Assembly: GCA_016212635.1 (NCBI GenBank)
Contig: JACRFR010000045.1
Coordinates: forward strand, 1 to 37,857
Direction: 5' to 3'
DNA from: Candidatus Liptonbacteria bacterium
GTDB taxonomy: Bacteria > Patescibacteriota > Minisyncoccia > UBA6257 > 2-01-FULL-56-20
DNA length: 37,857 bases
Part shown: one piece after another, positions 31,418 to 37,857 of the stretch
Position numbering within the stretch: the first letter of the stretch is position 1
How the letters are laid out: every line of letters starts with the position of its first letter
The notes under the pieces: model-generated
Seen by the model: the letters and a program-made list of their open reading frames with translations, nothing else
What the model was told of the DNA's origin: nothing
Databases searched by the model: none
Made by a program: the position numbers and the translations under genes

Positions 31418-31590
31418 CTCTTGTGGTAAAGGCTACCAAATTGCCCCAAACCTAAATATACAAAGAGGCCAACAAACCAAGCGAGATATCTACCGCCGAA
31501 TCCTGGGTAATCACCCTCCAAAACGAAAGCGTCGCCAGGCTCAATTCTCTGATTGCATTCTATGCAGGTTGCCATTTTACTTTGATTCAT
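31360..31590 (-). CDS. Hypothetical small protein with CxxC...HxxC pattern
   Basis: MATCIECNQRIEPGD...YHKSCH. It abuts the Nudix gene start. No homology was recognised. Confidence 0.3.
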   Translation of the reverse strand: MNQSKMATCIECNQRIEPGDAFVLEGDYPGFGGRYLAWFVGLFVYLGLGQFGSLYHKSCHVRRIAPESFGEFGKKK

Positions 31591-31731
31591 TCGTTCCTCG
31601 CGTATCCGACATTTTCCATTTTATCCTTGAGCCGTCGGCCCTCCTTCGCTAAAGCTTCGGCGGGGCAAGTCGGAATTTCGCTATCCCCTTTTCACTACTC
31701 TCTACTCGCCACTCACTACTCACTTTCCTTG

Positions 31732-32025
31732 AGCCGTTGGCCGGATTTGAACCGGCGACCTACTCCTTCGCTTACACCTCCCCTTTTCCGCGAACTTATA
31801 CGGGAGGACTAGACTGTATCTTCTCCGACTCGAGTCGGAGCCCTTGTCAGTCGTTCGAGCCCCTCGATAGGCTCGGGGTAAACCGAGACATATTTGAGGT
31901 GCTACGGTCTTGGCCTGGTTTTGGCTTTTAACCGTCATTCGGGATTCAGACCGGCGTTGCCACCGGAATGGGCAGGGAGCGAGCGCCCCACCATGGAGTT
32001 GCTCTACCAGCTGAGCTACAACGGC
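31732..32025 (-). tRNA. tRNA-Thr (anticodon GGU) interrupted after position 36 by a 221-nt intron
   Basis: The 5' exon (32025-31990, 36 nt) is GCCGTTGTAGCTCAGCTGGTAGAGCAACTCCATGGT. The 3' exon (31768-31732, 37 nt) is AAGGAGTAGGTCGCCGGTTCAAATCCGGCCAACGGCT. Joined, they form a perfect 73-nt cloverleaf. Confidence 0.75.
31769..31989 (-). mobile_element. Group I-like intron in the tRNA-Thr anticodon loop
   Basis: The 5' exon ends in U, which can pair with G in a P1 hairpin (AUGGU|GGGG with CCCUGCCCAU). The intron ends in G. It contains GGCAACGCCG and GUCUAGUC, which resemble core segments of the Azoarcus/cyanobacterial tRNA introns as I recall them. Confidence 0.6.
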
Positions 32026-32049
32026 AACATGCTGTCCAGAACTTTTTTG

Positions 32050-32120
32050 AGTTTACTATTACTAAAGTGAATAGTCAAAATTTCGACTTTTTCGCTTTTT
32101 TCGACTTTTTTCGATGTCAT
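32050..32120 (-). promoter_or_regulatory. Candidate promoter for tRNA-Thr (TTGACT-17-TAAACT) with phased A-tract UP-like region
   Basis: -35 is the reverse complement of 32073-32078 and -10 the reverse complement of 32050-32055. Upstream on the minus strand: GAAAAAAGTC GAAAAAAGC GAAAAAGTC GAAATT. Confidence 0.45.
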
Positions 32121-32159
32121 TCAGGAAAGTGTTGACTACTACTACTACTAGGCGTATGT

Positions 32160-32402
32160 TTGGGAACAGCGAGGTCGCACATGTATCAACCCTATGATCC
32201 ATATGGGTACGGTCGCTCGACCGTACCCGGCCCCGGCAAGAAGCATCGCCGGGGCAATCAGTGCGAGCAGACCCGGACCTACTACCGGTCGGACACCGGT
32301 TGGTCGGTCCAGGTCAAGGGCGCGCGGAAGATCTCCCGCGCCCGGGCGGCGGTGGAGCTCGGTCTGCGAGCCGACGAGCTCCACCTGCTTCAAGGTGGAT
32401 GA
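32160..32402 (+). CDS. Doubtful small ORF (80 aa) in a GC-rich hairpin-dense block
   Basis: It is the least repeat-like of three overlapping ORFs and is followed by the hairpin GCGGCGGCC-N8-GGCCGCCGC. The region may instead be non-coding. Confidence 0.25.
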   Translation: MGTARSHMYQPYDPYGYGRSTVPGPGKKHRRGNQCEQTRTYYRSDTGWSVQVKGARKISRARAAVELGLRADELHLLQGG

Positions 32403-32534
32403 GGCAACGAGCGGCGGCCAGACCAATGGCCGCCGCTTAAATCCCTCCCCCTTCTCGCCTCGCCGAAGCCTACGGCGTAGCGCAGGTCGGGTACTCCCTT
32501 TATCAAGGGAGAATTCCGACAAAACCCGTGAGCC

Positions 32535-32951
32535 CTATTTTAACTTCAGATACTCCTCGATCACCGCTACGTCGCGCAGGTGTTTTTCCCGCCCGTAGGC
32601 CCGTTTGAAAGAAATCGTGTCGGGCAGACTGGCGAAAGCCACTCCGCTGATCATGTCCGCGCGCCGAACCAATTCCTCAAGCGTCGGGCAGAAATCACCG
32701 CAGTTCACGTCCAAATACAGCTCTAGGATTCCCTGCCGCAGGAATACCTGGTCCTGGCCGGGGTGATTCGCGTAGGTCCAGGGCAACACCTGCCAGCCAG
32801 CCGCCCGGTAGTGTTCGAAAACTTCCGGCGCGATTACAAGATCAATATCGTGAGCATCTTTCAGCCCCCGGACTGCCATCGGGCCGCTGCCAACCACCAC
32901 GTACTTCCCGGCAGGTAGGTCCAATTTTTTGATCTCGGCGATGATGTCCAT
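32535..32951 (-). CDS. Nucleotidyltransferase-fold protein (minimal NTase)
   Basis: VVVGSGPMAVRGLKDAHDIDLVI fits the G-S-G...D-x-D pattern of Pol-beta-superfamily NTases. Confidence 0.45.
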   Translation of the reverse strand: MDIIAEIKKLDLPAGKYVVVGSGPMAVRGLKDAHDIDLVIAPEVFEHYRAAGWQVLPWTYANHPGQDQVFLRQGILELYLDVNCGDFCPTLEELVRRADMISGVAFASLPDTISFKRAYGREKHLRDVAVIEEYLKLK

Positions 32952-32977
32952 TTGTCCCTACTCCCTACTCCCCATCC

Positions 32978-33053
32978 TGGAGCCACCTCCCGGATTCGAA
33001 CCGGGGACATACACTTTACAAAAGTGTCGCTCTACCAGCTGAGCTAAGGTGGC
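32978..33053 (-). tRNA. tRNA-Thr (anticodon UGU), CCA end encoded
   Basis: In the reverse complement: acceptor GCCACCT/AGGTGGC, anticodon loop TTTGTAA, T-arm CCCGG-TTCGAAT-CCGGG, U73, CCA. Confidence 0.85.
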
Positions 33054-33068
33054 ATTCGGCGGGCGAAG

Positions 33069-33185
33069 CACCTCCCCTCGCCCCTCCTTAGAACAGGAGG
33101 GGGACTACACCTCCCCTCACCCCTCCTTAGAACAGGAGGGGGACTACACCTCCCCTCGCCCCTCCTTGGAAAAGGAGGGGAAATG
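33069..33185. repeat. 39-bp tandem repeat x3, each unit containing a CCCCTCCT-N7-GGAGGGG hairpin
   Basis: cacctcccctcgcccctccttagaacaggagggggacta is repeated at 33069, 33108 and 33147 (the last unit is diverged). Confidence 0.9.
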
Positions 33186-33262
33186 AACTGTCCCTAGGTT
33201 AGCAAAAACGGCCCGAAAATCCAATGAGTTCGGCGCAAAATACTGGGAAACCATTAATTTTT

Positions 33263-33303
33263 AGAGGTCGGGCCTTAGAAAATCTCCCAAGGCCCGACCT
33301 CGG
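33263..33303. repeat. REP-like hairpin, GAGGTCGGGCC family (copy e)
   Basis: agaggtcgggcctt agaaaatctccc aaggcccgacctcgg. Confidence 0.7.
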
Positions 33304-33400
33304 AAGCAATGCGATGGCGCGAGGGATTGCAGTTTCGGACACTTGTATTCCCGGACGCTTTTTAGGTTATAATGACCTGGCTGGCAGCCCGACTGCGAAC

Positions 33401-36400
33401 ATGACCAAGTTCGTCCATCTCCACACTCACTCCCACTACTCCCTCCTGGACGGCCTGTCCCAGATTCCGGACCTGGTAGCCCGAGTCAAGGAGCTGGGCA
33501 TGGACATGCTGGCCGTGACCGACCACGGCGTTTTGTACGGCGCCGTGGAGTTTTACAAGACCGCTCGCAAGGCGGGCATCAAGCCCATTCTGGGCATGGA
33601 AACTTACGTGGCGCCGAAAAGCCGCCTGGCACGAGACTCGAACGAACGGTACTACCACTTGATACTCCTCGCGGAAAACGATGTCGGCTGGCACAACCTG
33701 ATCCAACTCTCCACCAAGGCGCACCTGGAAGGTTTTTACTACAAGCCGCGCGTGGACAAGGAACTTCTGCGGGAACACCACGCGGGGCTGATCGCAACCT
33801 CCGCTTGCCTGGGCGGGGAATTGTCCCAACTGCTGCTCCAAGGAGAATACGACACGGCCAAGCGGGTCGCGCTGGAGTATCGGGACATTTTCGGCGCGGG
33901 CAACTACTTCCTGGAGCACGGCGAGCATCCGCACATTCCGGACGCGGTTAAAGTTAAGCCTCTTTTGATCCAGCTGGCCCGCGAGACCGGTATCCCTCTG
34001 GTCGCCGCCCAGGATAGCCACTACCTGCGTCCGGAAGACGGCGAATATCACGACGTTCTGCTCGCGGTTCAAACCAGTAATCGCCTGGCCGACGACGACC
34101 GCTTAAGCATGAAGGCGGATAATTTCGCGATCCTTTCGCCGGACGAAATGGCGGCCAAGTACGCCGATCTGCCGGAGGCGATCGAAAACACAGTTCGTAT
34201 CGGTGAGCGCTGTAATGTCACCTTGGAACTGGACAAGGTCATCCTACCCGACTTCCCTAAGCCGGAGGGCGAGACCGCAGATCAGTACTTGCGGGAACTG
34301 GTGGAGACACGCCTTCCGGGTCGCTTTCCGGAACGGGCAGTCGCACCGGAGGTCCGGGAGCGGCTGGAGTTCGAGTTGGGCGTGATCCAAAAGACCGGCT
34401 ACGCCGACTACTTCTTGATCGTCCAAGACCTGATCAATTGGGCCAAAACCCACGGGATTGCGGTCGGCCCGGGCCGCGGTTCGGCGGCGGGCAGTCTGGT
34501 TTCTTATGTGCTCGGCATCACCGGGGTCAATCCCCTAACCTACGATCTGCTGTTCGAACGATTCCTGAATCCCGACCGCATTCAAATGCCGGACATCGAC
34601 ATGGACTTCGCGGACAAGCGCCGGGACGAAGTGATCGCTTACGTGCGGCAAAAGTACGGCTCGGACCGGGTGGCGCAAATCATCACTTTCGGGACCATGG
34701 CGGCCCGGGCCGCTATTCGGGATGCCGGCCGGGCGATGGGTCTACCCTACAACTTGTGTGACCAAGTGGCCAAACTCATTCCGTTCAATATGAATCTCGC
34801 GGAAGCGATCAAAAAGGTGCCGGAGCTGGCCGAGTTCTATCAAAACCCGGAAACCAAGAAGTTGTTGGACACCGCGCGGCATCTGGAAGGAGTCGCGCGC
34901 CACGCCTCCGTGCACGCCTGTGGCATTGTGATCTCTAAGGAGCCGTTAGTGAATATTGTGCCCCTGCAACTCGCACCGCAAGACAAGGACAGTATCGTCA
35001 CCCAGTTGGAGATGCATTCCATTGAGGACCTGGGCCTCTTGAAGATGGACTTTCTGGGCTTACGCAACCTGACCACCATCGAGGAAACTGTCCGGCTGGT
35101 GCGAGAACTGCACGGCGAAACTATCGATATCGCGAATATCCCACTGAATGATCCGGCTACCTTTACTTTGCTCCAACGGGCGGATACCAGCGGCGTGTTC
35201 CAATTCGAGTGTTTATCCGGCGATACAATGATTTCGAACACCACCCTGAAAAAACTTTATGAACGAAGAAACAGGAAAACCCTGGAATCAGTATATGTGG
35301 ACGAGGGCAAGGTTCATCGAAATACGATCCTGGGAATCGCGAAAAGCGGTAAAAAAGATGTTTATACGTTGATCGCGGATAATAACTGGTTTATCAAGGC
35401 TACCGCCGAGCACAGTTTTCTAACGGAAAACGGGTGGAAAAAATTAAAAAATATAAGGCCGGGCGAAAAAGTTTTGCTAAGGACCAAGGCCAGGCATCTG
35501 GTCTACAATACATGCCTGACTTGCAGAAAACAGATCGATGGTCAAAAAAATGGCAAAAGCAGATTTTGTTATGCCTGTTCGGCGGCGCATTTCAAAAATC
35601 CAAGCAAAGATATTTCACGAACAAAGATGCGGGAGGCGCGCAGAAATTTCTTTCGAAACGGCGGACGCACCTGGAATCTGGGAGTTACCACCGAAAATAA
35701 TGAGGTTTGGCGGGAGACGGCTCGTAAAATTTCCCAAGCTCTGACTGGAGTGTCGATCGAGGACCGGTGGGGGGCGGAAAGAGCCACGGAGATCAAGCGG
35801 AGATTCTCGGAAAGATTCCGGGGCGCGGGCAATCCCATGTTCGGCCGCCGCTCGCCGCACAGGAAGGGCGGCATCCGACCGGATTTGGGGCACTATGTCC
35901 GATCCAACTGGGAAGCTGACTTTGCCAGGATCCTTAATTACTTTAAAACGGGGTATCAATACGAACCGAAAACTTTCCGGCTCACGAGAGGCGACGGCAG
36001 CGCTGTTTCATATACACCGGATTTTTACGTTCCGACCACGAACACTTTCTACGAGATCAAAGGCTGGCTTCACGAATTGGACCAGGAAAAAATGGACCTG
36101 TTCCAGACACAGTATCCGGAATACAACTTTGTGCTGGTAAATAAAACTAAGTTCGCGGAGCTGGCACTGCAATATCGGGACTTAGTGGCCTGGGAGTGTC
36201 CCAAAATACCCGAGAAGAATTTCGAGTTCGTGAAAGTCCGCGAAGTAAAATATTCCGGGATCGAAGAAACATATGACATCGCCATGCAGGCTCCGGGAAA
36301 CAACTTCGTTGCCAACGGATTTGTGGTTCATAACAGCAGTGGTATGCGACGTTATATGAAAGATATCCATCCCACCGAGCTGGAAGATCTGGTAGCGCTG

Positions 36401-37857
36401 GTCGCTCTGTTCCGCCCGGGCCCGATGGAACTGATCCCGTCGTACATCAAACGCAAAAACGGCGAAGAAAAAATTGCCTACCTCCACCCCAAACTGGAAC
36501 CGATCCTCAAAAATACTTATGGCATCGGCGTCTACCAGGAACAGATGATGCGGATCGCCCGCGACTTGGCGGGCTACACCCTGTCGGAAGCCGACACCTT
36601 GCGCAAAGCGATTGGCAAAAAGATAAAATCGCTTTTGGACGAGCAGGAGGAAAAGCTGGTCGCCGGCATGACTAAAAACGGCATCGCTCCGAAAGCCGCC
36701 AAAGCCATCTGGGAACTCTTCCCGCCATTCGCGCGCTATGGGTTCAATCGCTGCGTAACCGGCGATACTCAAATTAATGACCCGGTTACCGGACAATTAG
36801 TTGCGGTGGAGGAGCTGTTCCGGGATAAGACGCGGCTGGCGCAAACTTATTCGATTGATCAGGGCGGCAAAGTTTTCACCAACGGCATCACCGACATTCT
36901 GGATAATGGACCGAAAGACGTTTATTCGGTCAAGACTAAGAGCGGCCGGAAGATCAAGGCCACCGCGAATCATCCCTTGCTCACGCCTCAAGGGTGGCGG
37001 AAACTGGAGGATATTGAGGCCGGCACCCGAATTGCAGTACCGCGAATCCTGCCCGAGCCGGCACAACCGCTTGCCGCCCAGCATCACCGCGCCGCCTTGC
37101 TGGGCTACCTTTTAGCCGAAGGCAATTTGTGCCATCCGCACGGCTTTTATTTCTATTCCGCCTCCGAAGCGGAAATAACGGACTATATCCAAAATCTGGA
37201 AAAATTCGACAACACCGTTGCCGTGATTGATCGCTCCAAACCTGCGGCCTCGGTTTACGCAAAGCGCAAAGATGTTAAGCGGATCTCGGCGGCAGTCGCC
37301 TGGGTAGAATCTCTGGGCATGAAAAATAAAACCGCTACCCAAAAGACCATTCCGGATTGGGCCTGCCGGCTCGCCAACGAGGATTTGGCGGTGCTGATCG
37401 CGAAAATGTTCCAGGGAGACGGCTGCCTGCACCTGCGCGGCGTTAATCCCCAGATATACTACGCCACTTCCTCGCACCGCTTGGCGCAAGGACTGCAGCA
37501 TTTGTTGCTGCGCTTCGGTATTTTGTCCACGATCCACCAAAAGGGATTTAAATATCGGGGCACGATCAAGCCCGGCTACACGGTATCAATCGGCCGCCAT
37601 GACAATATCGGCAAATTCATTGCCAATTTTATGCAACATTTTGTCGGTCAGAAACAGGCGGTTGCCCGAGAAATATTAAGGGGGCACCCGATCTTGAATC
37701 AACTACCTCGCAGCAAGCTGACGAGGTATGAACTGAAAACTACCCAAGTGGTGTCATTCCGGCCCCCGCATCAAGTGCGGGGCGAGCTTGGAGCCGCCTG
37801 TCCGCCTCCGGCGGAGAATCCAGGTGGGAATACTGAATGGATCCCGGATATTTTTCA
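33401..37857 (+). CDS. dnaE: DNA polymerase III alpha subunit, 5' part (open to window end), interrupted by two inteins
   Basis: Manual translation in the frame of ATG 33401 gives MTKFVHLHTHSHYSLLDG (PHP), GRGSAAGSLVSYVLGIT, PDIDMDF, KMDFLGLRNLT, GVFQFE, then after intein 1 SSGMRRY...LFRPGPM...YGFNR. The ORF track omits it because it has no stop in the window. Confidence 0.92.
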   Translation, partial: MTKFVHLHTHSHYSLLDGLSQIPDLVARVKELGMDMLAVTDHGVLYGAVEFYKTARKAGIKPILGMETYVAPKSRLARDSNERYYHLILLAENDVGWHNLIQLSTKAHLEGFYYKPRVDKELLREHHAGLIATSACLGGELSQLLLQGEYDTAKRVALEYRDIFGAGNYFLEHGEHPHIPDAVKVKPLLIQLARETGIPLVAAQDSHYLRPEDGEYHDVLLAVQTSNRLADDDRLSMKADNFAILSPDEMAAKYADLPEAIENTVRIGERCNVTLELDKVILPDFPKPEGETADQYLRELVETRLPGRFPERAVAPEVRERLEFELGVIQKTGYADYFLIVQDLINWAKTHGIAVGPGRGSAAGSLVSYVLGITGVNPLTYDLLFERFLNPDRIQMPDIDMDFADKRRDEVIAYVRQKYGSDRVAQIITFGTMAARAAIRDAGRAMGLPYNLCDQVAKLIPFNMNLAEAIKKVPELAEFYQNPETKKLLDTARHLEGVARHASVHACGIVISKEPLVNIVPLQLAPQDKDSIVTQLEMHSIEDLGLLKMDFLGLRNLTTIEETVRLVRELHGETIDIANIPLNDPATFTLLQRADTSGVFQFECLSGDTMISNTTLKKLYERRNRKTLESVYVDEGKVHRNTILGIAKSGKKDVYTLIADNNWFIKATAEHSFLTENGWKKLKNIRPGEKVLLRTKARHLVYNTCLTCRKQIDGQKNGKSRFCYACSAAHFKNPSKDISRTKMREARRNFFRNGGRTWNLGVTTENNEVWRETARKISQALTGVSIEDRWGAERATEIKRRFSERFRGAGNPMFGRRSPHRKGGIRPDLGHYVRSNWEADFARILNYFKTGYQYEPKTFRLTRGDGSAVSYTPDFYVPTTNTFYEIKGWLHELDQEKMDLFQTQYPEYNFVLVNKTKFAELALQYRDLVAWECPKIPEKNFEFVKVREVKYSGIEETYDIAMQAPGNNFVANGFVVHNSSGMRRYMKDIHPTELEDLVALVALFRPGPMELIPSYIKRKNGEEKIAYLHPKLEPILKNTYGIGVYQEQMMRIARDLAGYTLSEADTLRKAIGKKIKSLLDEQEEKLVAGMTKNGIAPKAAKAIWELFPPFARYGFNRCVTGDTQINDPVTGQLVAVEELFRDKTRLAQTYSIDQGGKVFTNGITDILDNGPKDVYSVKTKSGRKIKATANHPLLTPQGWRKLEDIEAGTRIAVPRILPEPAQPLAAQHHRAALLGYLLAEGNLCHPHGFYFYSASEAEITDYIQNLEKFDNTVAVIDRSKPAASVYAKRKDVKRISAAVAWVESLGMKNKTATQKTIPDWACRLANEDLAVLIAKMFQGDGCLHLRGVNPQIYYATSSHRLAQGLQHLLLRFGILSTIHQKGFKYRGTIKPGYTVSIGRHDNIGKFIANFMQHFVGQKQAVAREILRGHPILNQLPRSKLTRYELKTTQVVSFRPPHQVRGELGAACPPPAENPGGNTEWIPDIF
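35210..36334 (+). mobile_element. Intein 1 (375 aa) in dnaE with a non-LAGLIDADG, PD-(D/E)xK-like endonuclease insert
   Basis: It starts CLSGDTM directly after GVFQFE, has block B ATAEHSF, and ends NGFVVHN followed by S. The insert contains CLTCRK...CYAC, NPMFGR-type repeats and SNWEADF...YTPDFYV...FYEIKG. Confidence 0.8.
36752..37857 (+). mobile_element. Intein 2 in dnaE (LAGLIDADG type), incomplete at window end
   Basis: It starts CVTGDTQI after YGFNR (splitting the conserved YGFNKSH motif). It has ATANHPL, and LAGLIDADG-like LLGYLLAEGNL and LIAKMFQGDGCL. Confidence 0.8.

Noticed and set aside
33069-33185. Possible CRISPR array (also considered for 24216-24292)
   Set aside because: The units are directly tandem with no unique spacers between them. 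There are only about 3 copies, and no cas genes or leader are present.
33362-37540. Minus-strand ORFs 33362-34072, 34840-35244, 36182-36796, 36797-37087 and 37112-37540, plus short plus-strand off-frame ORFs
   Set aside because: They are antisense or off-frame shadows of the long dnaE/intein reading frame, whose translation shows unambiguous DnaE and intein motifs.

Overview
Gene-dense, mostly minus-strand chromosomal segment. It looks like a reduced-genome uncultivated bacterium (CPR/Patescibacteria-like). That assignment is inference from shortened housekeeping proteins, an expanded 16S 5' domain and an intein-laden dnaE. TGA is used as a stop (Gre-like gene, mraZ), so the standard code applies. 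In order, the window holds: the 5' ~480 nt of a 16S rRNA gene; rpmE; a receiver-only response regulator; an RF1 lacking domain 1; a Gre-like factor; a Nudix hydrolase; an Adk-like kinase; an aspS without the GAD domain; mgtC; a secreted lysozyme-like protein; a 569-nt RNase P RNA; and tpiA. Next comes a lower-GC accessory block beside tRNA-Glu (methyltransferase, 394-aa unknown, DUF2335-like protein, membrane-anchored sigma-70 region-4-only protein). Then the dcw genes mraZ-rsmH-ftsL-ftsI-murF; a ~1000-aa frameshifted wall-associated repeat protein; ridA; tRNA-Val; rplJ-rplL with a candidate leader RNA; a GT-C-like membrane protein; an AEC transporter; a hydrolase; a second Nudix; tRNA-Trp; a PaaX/Cas2-fold regulator; rpmG (missed by the ORF track); a third Nudix; two tRNA-Thr genes; and the first 4.4 kb of dnaE. 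Most notable observations: (1) two hairpin expansion modules are shared, at roughly 75-85% identity by eye, between the 16S rRNA 5' domain and the RNase P RNA; (2) small GC-rich palindromes of an intergenic repeat family sit in frame inside tpiA, prfA and the Gre-like gene; (3) a MITE family has 15-bp terminal inverted repeats and three different 9-bp target-site duplications, and one copy rewrites a Nudix C-terminus; (4) tRNA-Thr(GGU) is split by a 221-nt group I-like intron; (5) dnaE carries two inteins, the first with a PD-(D/E)xK-type rather than LAGLIDADG/HNH endonuclease insert; (6) three identically spaced 40-bp palindromic sites bracket the PaaX-like regulator gene. No CRISPR array, reverse transcriptase, integrase or recognisable defence operon was seen. 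All calls were made by eye from the sequence and ORF track; no searches or folding programs were run.
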